Part shown: in pieces, positions 1-6,376 of the stretch
How the letters are laid out: each line of letters begins with the position of its first letter
Numbering within the stretch: position 1 is the first letter of the stretch
Assembly: GCF_006345805.1 (NCBI RefSeq)
Contig: NW_021828870.1
Coordinates: 1-7,287, forward strand
Origin: Octopus sinensis
Taxonomy: Eukaryota
DNA length: 7,287 bases
Direction of reading: 5' to 3'
Translations under genes and position numbers: made by a program
Notes under the pieces: generated by a model
Databases searched by the model: none
The model's input: the letters and a program-made list of their open reading frames with translations, nothing else
Told to the model about the DNA's origin: nothing

Positions 1-24
1 GTGTATTACACTGAGGATAGGAGA

Positions 25-110
25 CAAGTGTCTAAAAACTCAGAGGTTTCTACTACAATTCAGTAAGGAGATCGAACAATTAAAATACTATCCGTCGAAA
101 CCGACGGAGG
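25..110 (+). mobile_element. Decayed 3' part of SINE family A
   Basis: GATCGAACAA (70-79) followed by CGTCGAAA matches the same two words in the decayed copy at 6919-6948. The end resembles the 3' end of the 425-739 copy (ATCGGATCAACTGGAACC...GCCGACGACGG). Boundaries are approximate. Confidence 0.4.
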
Positions 111-213
111 ATGCTTTTAATTTCATTGCAAGTATCTGACCACACACTCTTTGTAAATAATATGAAGAGGAAATGATGTAGCGAAACCAAATCTGAAGTG
201 GATATTTGTATTA

Positions 214-301
214 TCTTTCTCATTTTCTCTTCCTTTCTCTTTTTCTACCTTCTATCCTCCTCTGTCTCCTTCCTCTCTCTCTCTCATCGCTCTCTCTCTC
301 T

Positions 302-335
<34 letters not shown>

Positions 336-374
336 GTCTTTTCTTTATCTCCCTCTGGTTCTCACTTCTCTCTC
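214..374. repeat. Polypyrimidine / (CT)n microsatellite tract
   Basis: Almost purely C/T on the + strand. Uninterrupted (CT)15 at 303-332. Confidence 0.95.
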
Positions 375-424
375 GAACGCATTATTGCACTCTTCTTCTT
401 GTTCTGACCTTCTGCCTAAATTGT

Positions 425-739
425 GAAGGCACGTGGCTTAATGTTTACGGTGTTCGGTTCACGATCGTAAAGTCGTGAGTTGATACCCCCCGGCGGCGTT
501 TGTGTCCTTGAGTTTAAGCACTTTATTCACGTTGCTTCAGTCGACTCACCTGGTAGAAACGAGTACCTGTAATTCAAAGGGCCAAACTTTTTACATTTTG
601 TGTCACGCTACGATAAGAACTAGGATAAGGGTACTCGTGACTATAGAGTGCTTAACGCTTGTACGCCATTTCACTAGTGTGTTGTTCCGTTTATCGGATC
701 AACTGGAACCCTAATCGCCATAGCCGACGACGGTGGCAG
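425..739 (+). mobile_element. tRNA-derived SINE, family A (near full length)
   Basis: A-box-like TGGCTTAATGT (434-444). A 6-bp anticodon-arm-like stem TCACGA/TCGTGA (459-464/473-478). A degenerate B-box GAGTTGATACC (477-487). Then TGTGTCCTTGAG...CACTTTA, resembling the conserved central domains of invertebrate SINE superfamilies (recalled, not verified). Homologous decayed copies at 25-110 and 6790-6955 show it is repetitive. Confidence 0.75.
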
Positions 740-775
740 TTTTGGAGAGTATTTTTTCTGCCTAAATTATTATAA

Positions 776-973
776 AAGTGGTGAGCTGGTAAAATTGTAA
801 GAACGTTCCGGTTCTTTACATTTTGAGTTCAATTACCACAGAGGTTGACTTTGTCTTTCATACTTTGGAGTAGGATCGATAAAATAACATACCAGTCAAG
901 AACTGGATGTTAATGTTATCGACTAAACCCCTAACCTAAAACTTGCTAACCTTGTGTCTAAGTTAGACACCAT
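776..973 (+). mobile_element. Decayed SINE family B copy
   Basis: Colinear with 2454-3074: GTGAGCTGG head, GAGTTCAA B-box, GAGGTTGACTTTGTCTTTCAT, ATCGATAAAATAA, CCAGT-loop-ACTGG and ATCGACT. It has a different 3' tail (AAACCCCTAACC...CTTGTGTC). Confidence 0.75.
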
Positions 974-1101
974 TTATTTTATCGACCTCGAAAAGACGAA
1001 ATACGAAATTCGACGTTGTCGGAATTCGAACGCACAGCGTAAGAAAAACTTAACTAAGAGCTCGCAAGATATTTTGCCTGCCAGTCTTACTGATTGTACC
1101 A
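974..1101 (-). mobile_element. Decayed SINE family B fragment (antisense)
   Basis: TTTATCGACCTCGAAAAGACGAAA...TTCGACGTTGTCGGAATTCGAAC aligns with 2657-2711 (TTTATCGACCCCGAAAGGATGAAA...GTCGACCTCAGCGGAATTTGAAC). Confidence 0.6.
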
Positions 1102-1327
1102 TAACCATAAGAATTAGCACAGGGCAATAAATTTGCAAGAGGAACTATTTGGAGAAAGTATTTAAAGCATTGATTTTAATGACCCCGTGTGGGAATAAGT
1201 GAAAAGCAACTCCAACGATACTTGAACACAGGAATGTAATTATATACCATTTTAGTTCTGAATGACAGCCTTTTTCCCTATCTTTCATAAAACATTTCTT
1301 ACATTAAATACCCTGTCAGGAAAACTT

Positions 1328-1440
1328 AAGGTAGGGGAGTGGGATCGACTAAACCTTTGGAGATGGGTCGTACTTACATTATCGGCTCTTGAAGAATGTA
1401 GTAGTGAGGAATCATACGTAAGATTAGGTTTTCGAACCTG
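1328..1440 (-). mobile_element. Very decayed SINE-like fragment
   Basis: GTACTTACATTATCGGCTCTTGAAGAATG is loosely similar to GTACTTAATTTATCGACCCCGAAAGGATG (2649-2677). The similarity is weak. Confidence 0.3.
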
Positions 1441-1623
1441 GATAGATTTCAGGTAAGTAACTTTGGCTAACAGACATTGATCTATAAAATTAAACAGATC
1501 AAGGCATCGATCGATCGAACCAACATCTCGGTTGTATTAATCTAAATGAATGAAGACTTCGACGCTACACGAAGAAGAGGTAACAAACAACATACAAACG
1601 TTATAATTATCAAATGGTTGACC

Positions 1624-1650
1624 TTTTTATTTATTTTATTTTATTTTATT
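1624..1650. repeat. (TTTTA)n short tandem repeat
   Basis: TTTTTATTTATTTTATTTTATTTTATT read directly. Confidence 0.9.
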
Positions 1651-1834
1651 AACTTCTAATAGGAATTTAAATCAAGGTCCTTATTAAAATATTACATTCT
1701 TGTCCTTCATTTCTTCTTTTCTTATTGAATGCACTTCCAGGAATGTATAAGACATGAAAAAAGGGTTAGTCGATTAGCTCCGCCCTGGGAGATATGCATA
1801 AGACCAACCCACACATCATTTACTCTGATAGGAA

Positions 1835-1935
1835 GGCCACCGGTACGAGTATGGTCGAACTGAAAGCCCTATTCAGTTCGACTTACCCCTTCTCCGGAGA
1901 ACTTATGATTGATTTTGTACCAACACAAATTAATA
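1835..1935 (+). mobile_element. Decayed 3' part of SINE family B with an expanded hairpin
   Basis: ACCGGTACGAGTATGGTCGA...TCGACTTACCCC parallels ACCAGTTACGCACTGGGGTCGA...TCGACTTAA (2972-3007) and ATCGACTAAACCCC (918-931). Confidence 0.45.
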
Positions 1936-2453
1936 TATATTTCAAATAAATTATTAGAGTTGTATATGTTCAGGATTCAAATCTATTCCTTATTCGAAGG
2001 TCGACCAAATATAAGCAGTACTCCAGCATAGCTAAGACAAACGACTAAGGTCAGAAAAATTAAAAACATAGTAAAGTATGGCTATGAGTAGAATCGATAA
2101 ATCGCATTATATCTTGCGCAGTTATCCTACCTGCTTATCTTGCAGTTATCCCCCTTTAAACTCTGTCTTGCAATCTCGCCGATGATGTCATTGTCATTCA
2201 CTTATCAGGGTTTGGTGAAATATTTACCAGTTACATACTGTGTGTCGACCAAATTGAAACTACTCGCGTATTATTAATTTGAGGTTTTATGCCAATGCAA
2301 GAAGCCAATAAATATTGTTTTGTACTATTTTTGTACCTCTCTTTTACTCCCTATACTCCTTTATTGTTTCTGCTTCTCGGCTCCTTCTTTTTTACCTATT
2401 CTATTCCTGCTTCACCTCACAGTCAACGTAGGAGCAACGATCCAGCAGAAACA

Positions 2454-2890
2454 AGCTGGCAGAAACGTTAACACGCCGGGCGGAATGCTTAGCGGTATTC
2501 CGCTGAGGTCGACTTTGCCTTTCCTCCTTTCGGGGTCGATTAAATAAGTACCTATTTCTTTATTACCCACAATGGGCTAAACACAGAGGGGACAAACAAG
2601 GACAGACATAGGTATTAAGTCGATTACATCGACCCCAGTGCGTAACTGGTACTTAATTTATCGACCCCGAAAGGATGAAAGGCAAAGTCGACCTCAGCGG
2701 AATTTGAACTCACACGTAACGCAGACGAATACTGCTAAGCATTTCGCCCGCGTGCTAACGTTCTGCCAGCTCGCCGATTAAATAAGTACCAGTTAGGCAC
2801 TGGGTTCGATATAATCGACTTAATCCGTGTGTCTGTCCTTGTTTATCACATCTGTGTTTAGCCGCTTGTGGGTAGTAAAGAAATAAGTAT
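2454..2890 (+). mobile_element. SINE family B host copy, split by an insertion (2454-2552 + 2791-2890)
   Basis: tRNA-like head AGCTGGCAGAAACGTTA. Body GGTCGACTTTGCCTTT...GGGGTCGATTAAATAAGTACC, resuming after the insertion as AGTTAGGCACTGGG...AAAGAAATAAGTA. The B-box region is deleted relative to the other copies. Confidence 0.9.
2553..2775 (-). mobile_element. Full-length SINE family B copy inserted antisense into the host copy
   Basis: The reverse complement starts GGCGAGCTGGCAGAA, has B-box GAGTTCAAATTCC (2699-2711) and the full body, and ends AAAGAAATA. It is flanked by the direct repeat CGATTAAATAAGTACC (2537-2552 and 2775-2790). Confidence 0.92.
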
Positions 2891-3074
2891 TTCGTCCGTC
2901 TTTACGTTCTGAGTACAAACTCTGCCGAGGTCGACTTTGCCTTTCATCCTTTCGGGGTCGATAAATTAAGCACCAGTTACGCACTGGGGTCGATGTAATC
3001 GACTTAATTCCTTTGTCTGTCCTTGTTCGTCACCTCTATTTTTATCCCCTTGTGGGCAATAAAGAAATAAGAAA
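2887..3074 (+). mobile_element. 5'-truncated SINE family B copy in tandem behind the host
   Basis: GTATTTCGTCCGTCTTTACGTTCTGAGTACAAACTCTGCCGAGGTCGACTTTGCC...CTTGTGGGCAATAAAGAAATAAGAAA is colinear with the reverse complement of 2553-2735. Confidence 0.9.
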
Positions 3075-3165
3075 CAGCAACCAAATCTCGCATTTTAAAA
3101 GGAAGCTCCTGATGGATTATATAATCCTTTGTATGTAAAAAAAAAAAGGATGGGATACTCTCAGG

Positions 3166-3428
3166 CACACACGAACAAGCCAGGTACATAAACACATATA
3201 TACTAATCCACTTGCAAACATACATCTACAAACAGTTACAAACACACATATATGTATATATACACGCAGACACAAACACTAATATAGTCACAGACACAGG
3301 CACATATTTACACAGTCACAAACACACTGTCACAAACACAGATATGTATAGAGACAGCCACAGGCTCATATGTACACACTGTCACAAACACAAACACACA
3401 TTCTCATAATTGTGTACATATGCACACA
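3166..3428. repeat. Degenerate (CA)/(ACAC)-rich simple repeat
   Basis: Recurring CACA, ACAAACAC, CACAGACAC and GTCACAAACAC words. Confidence 0.8.
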
Positions 3429-3489
3429 ATTCAAACATGCCATTCATATAAGTTACATTGAATTTTGATACAATGCAGCTGTAACGAAA

Positions 3490-3503
3490 CTGCCATCTGC
3501 TGG
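3490..3503 (-). promoter_or_regulatory. Candidate CTCF binding site
   Basis: The reverse complement CCAGCAGATGGCAG matches the CTCF core consensus CCASYAGRKGGCRS at all 14 positions. This is a motif match only; binding is not shown. Confidence 0.45.
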
Positions 3504-3556
3504 TGCATATGCACTTACGCCCTACTAACCAAGAATGCAGCCAGCCCGCTCTCTTT

Positions 3557-3565
3557 CATTGGCTG
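3557..3565 (-). promoter_or_regulatory. Candidate CCAAT (NF-Y) box
   Basis: The reverse complement CAGCCAATG(A) fits RRCCAATSR. The motif is short and could be chance. Confidence 0.25.
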
Positions 3566-3626
3566 ACTAGTTGTTAGAATATTTAAGAAAATAGACATCT
3601 TATTCACTTCTGTACGCTGCACGCAA

Positions 3627-3696
3627 ATATACACACATGCACGTATGCATGTGAATATACATATGTGCATATTTACATAAATGTATATATGCACAT

Positions 3697-3742
<46 letters not shown>

Positions 3743-3896
3743 CATTATATGTGTGTGTGTGTGTGTGTGTATACATATAAACATACATATATATATACAT
3801 GTATTCATACTATGTAGGTGCATCCACACTTGTATACACCTATACTTGTGTGAGTGTTTCTGTGTACTTGCATGGATATATGTGTATATATATGTG

Positions 3897-3936
<40 letters not shown>

Positions 3937-4000
3937 CATATATGTATTTATGTATATATATTTATATATGTATGTATGTGTAATATATATATAATATATC

Positions 4001-4045
<45 letters not shown>

Positions 4046-4259
4046 TATACATATCTACGTTTATGCATAAATATATAATATATATATATAATATATAATA
4101 TATATATATATATACAGGTATATACATAAATACATGTACACATATTAACATCTTTCCATATTTATATATCCATGTGTCCATATGTATATGTTTATATATA
4201 CACATGTTTTACATGTATGTATATATATATATGTGTGTGTGTACGCGCATGTGTGTGTG
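3627..4259. repeat. Large compound (TA)n/(TG)n/(CA)n microsatellite field
   Basis: Read directly. Long pure (TA)n runs near 3900-3931 and 4005-4040, and (TG)n at 3749-3770. Confidence 0.97.
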
Positions 4260-4408
4260 AGTTCGTTATTTGTTGAGCGCACAACAGCTCTGAACGGCCC
4301 CTTACGTTCCCTCTTCACGTTTGCCTATGTGAGCGTTATTCTGCTAGAATACTTGGATACTCGTTTCACGAATTCCCAAATCTCTCGTCGATTTTTGCCA
4401 GTGACACG

Positions 4409-4498
4409 AGGCGAGTTCTCAACCCAGAACGCAAACAGCTGAAAGAAATACCGCCGAGGTTTTTTCTTTCAACGTTCAGACGTTCTACCAATCCACCA
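4409..4498 (-). mobile_element. Decayed SINE family B head fragment
   Basis: AACCCAGAACGCAAACAGCTGAAAGAAATACCGC...ACGTTCTACCAATCCACC parallels GAACTCACACGTAAC...AATACTGC...ACGTTCTGCCAGCTCGCC (2706-2775). Confidence 0.45.
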
Positions 4499-4504
4499 TT
4501 TTTG

Positions 4505-4592
4505 ACGGGTACCAAATTCATCAGACCCGAAAGTATGAATTGGTTAAGTTGACTTCGGTGAAATTTGAACTCAGAACACGCAGAACCGGAAC
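4505..4592 (-). mobile_element. Decayed SINE family B fragment
   Basis: GGGTACCAAATTCATCAGACCCGAAAGTATGAA...AAGTTGACTTCGGTGAAATTTGAACTCAGAAC aligns with 2647-2715, including the B-box. Confidence 0.7.
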
Positions 4593-4816
4593 CGTAATGC
4601 ATATGGTGACATATCCTGCATATCTGAACCAGCGTAATACAATAAGAAAATAGAAAAATATTCAAGGCCGCAGCTATCTGTTCGGTTATTAAAAGTTGTG
4701 GCGTTATTTATGGTGCATCATACAATGAAATGAATATAGTCTGTGGAATACGCCCTGTAGTTCTTGAAATAAAAACATATTTCAAACTGGCGGTATGAAG
4801 TCTTGTAAGCATTTCT

Positions 4817-4884
4817 TATATATACATATATATAATATATATATATATTATATATCTATTATCTATTATATATATAGTGTGTTG

Positions 4885-4915
<31 letters not shown>

Positions 4916-4989
4916 CACATATGTATGCATATATATGTATATGTATATATACAATATATGTTATATATATATATAATAATATATATATA

Positions 4990-5032
<43 letters not shown>

Positions 5033-5041
5033 AGATATATA
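4817..5041. repeat. (TA)n-dominated microsatellite
   Basis: Read directly. Confidence 0.97.
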
Positions 5042-5319
5042 CGACCAAAACGCCCCCGTTCATTGGACGGTGCTGAGTGTCAACAGTTAAAAATTTTCTA
5101 AACATTTGGTCACAACAACCTTGTCCGACCGTACCATAGGCCTCCCCTTTGAGAACACTGATTTAACCTAAATTTGAAACACCAGAAAAGAAGAATAAAG
5201 ATAGACTTTTTTTTCTATTCCAAACAAACAATTTTATTCACACAACTATGCAACCGAAGATTTTAAAGTGCCAGTAATGATAAGGCTGTTGACTGGGAGA
5301 ATACAAACATGGTTTAAAC

Positions 5320-5520
5320 AGTAAGCTTTTCCCGTTCCCACGGCTTTATCGATCGCATTCTCACCTGGAATCGATTTTTGTAATTTATTTCTAGACTTAT
5401 ACACAGCCTGGTACCGTCGGTACCTACATATCAAATTTGAGCGCAATTGGATGGAGGATGCCCGAGATCCTAGAAGACAACACACACATACAGACAGTAC
5501 GGATTTTATATAATACGTAT
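5320..5520 (+). mobile_element. Probable non-autonomous Helitron/Helentron-type element (HINE/Lep1-like)
   Basis: The 5' AGCTTTTCCCG...CGGCTT...GATCGC, the internal palindrome GGTACCG-T-CGGTACC (5410-5424) and the 3' CAAATTTGAGCGCAATTGGATG...CGAGATC...(CA)n CAGACAG...TTTTATATA ending in a TA run resemble the layout of DINE-1/Lep1-like elements. The family call is from recall and there is no second copy in the window. Confidence 0.4.
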
Positions 5521-5567
5521 ATATATATATATATACACACACACACAGACGCGCACATACGTACACA
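5518..5567. repeat. (TA)n(CA)n microsatellite
   Basis: Read directly. Confidence 0.9.
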
Positions 5568-5744
5568 AGTAATTGTCGGACGATGAAAGTGAGTGCTCAA
5601 CACCGTATTGGTGGATATAATTTCTTTATTTGTGAATTAAGGCTACCGTTAGTTTCATCTTAAGGAAAATATCCTAGTGTCTTAACAATTTTGCAAGCCA
5701 ACCTATGGAGAAAGGTTTTCGACTCCATTTTGGTAAATACATTC

Positions 5745-5878
5745 TATATATATGTTTATGTATATATATTTGTGCGTGTGTATATGTATATATATATATA
5801 TGTGTGTGTGTGTATGTATATATATATATATGTGTGTGTGTGTATTTATATATATATATATGTGTGCGTGTGTGTGTG
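5745..5878. repeat. Compound (TA)/(TG) microsatellite with 30-bp higher-order period
   Basis: Units at 5781-5810, 5811-5840 and 5841-5870 are nearly identical. Confidence 0.92.
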
Positions 5879-5918
5879 GGCAACGTTTAATCTATAATCG
5901 TGAGTCAAACAAGACGTT

Positions 5919-5919
5919 G

Positions 5920-5953
<34 letters not shown>

Positions 5954-5954
5954 T
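5919..5954. repeat. (TATG)n tetranucleotide repeat
   Basis: Read directly. Confidence 0.93.
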
Positions 5955-5970
5955 TATACTTAAGCAAGAC

Positions 5971-6059
5971 TTATCGACAGTGACTTCGAAATTTCGATCA
6001 GCTAAGCCATCATCGGAAGAAGGCTTAGCTGGCTGAAACTTCGAAATCACTATCAACAA
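5971..6059. other. 89-bp imperfect palindrome with degenerate hammerhead-ribozyme motifs on both strands
   Basis: Arms 5971-6008 and 6022-6059 are reverse complements at 30/38 positions, with a 13-nt spacer. The palindrome is certain; the ribozyme/Penelope interpretation is inference. Confidence 0.7.
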
Positions 6060-6140
6060 TATTCTTGTTTATGTGTAATAAATTTGTACTCTACAAAGGT
6101 ATAAACCCATCAAATTCATGTAAAGTAAAACAAACATCAA

Positions 6141-6376
6141 TATATATATGTGTGTGTGCATGTGTGTGTGTGTATACATATATATATATATATATATGTG
6201 TGTGTATACATATATATTTATATATATATATGCATATGGTTTATGTGTGTGCATATATATATATATGTATGTATGTATATATATATATATATATATATAG
6301 ATATATATATATATATATATATATATAAATTATATATGTATGTATGTATGTATGTATATGTATGTATGTATGTACA
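6141..6376. repeat. Compound (TA)n/(TG)n/(TATG)n microsatellite
   Basis: Read directly. Confidence 0.97.

Noticed and set aside
91-108. Hairpin TCCGTCG-AAAC-CGACGGA as a terminator or Helitron 3' end
   Set aside because: There is no long U-tract or CTRR end at the expected distance, and it lies in the decayed 3' end of SINE family A.
425-495. tRNA gene at the family A head (likewise family B heads)
   Set aside because: The A/B boxes are present but there is no complete cloverleaf, and the sequence continues into a SINE body.
1507-1519. (ATCG)3 palindromic run
   Set aside because: A short tandem repeat is automatically palindromic, and there is no supporting context.
1820-1890. Hammerhead-like reading CTGATAG...GGCC/GGTC...GAAC
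   Set aside because: The core is CUGAUAG rather than CUGANGA, GAAA is absent, and there is no stem I. SINE homology explains the region better.
1990-2070. Possible fragment of a third octopus-type SINE (ACTCCAGCATAGC...ACGACT)
   Set aside because: The resemblance is from memory only, with no second copy in the window to support it.
2110-2151. Local duplication TATCTTGC(GC)AGTTATCC x2 as a GATA-site cluster
   Set aside because: The duplication is real but tiny. Only one full WGATAR lies within it, which is expected by chance in AT-rich DNA.
2537-2790. Direct repeats and recurring GTCGAC/ATCGAC words as a possible CRISPR-like array
   Set aside because: Explained by a target-site duplication and multiple SINE copies. 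There is no regular repeat-spacer periodicity and no cas genes.
2920-3005. HDV-like double pseudoknot in the family B body
   Set aside because: Some pairings can be drawn, but P1 and P2 overlap, P3 is not convincing, and the copies here lack the catalytic C in the J4/2-equivalent segment (TGTAA/TATAA).
5050-5071. Minus-strand CCAATGA-ACG-GGGG-CGT as a second hammerhead relic
   Set aside because: It has a plausible mini stem II, but G5 is altered and no GAAA or stem III follows. Too incomplete to support.
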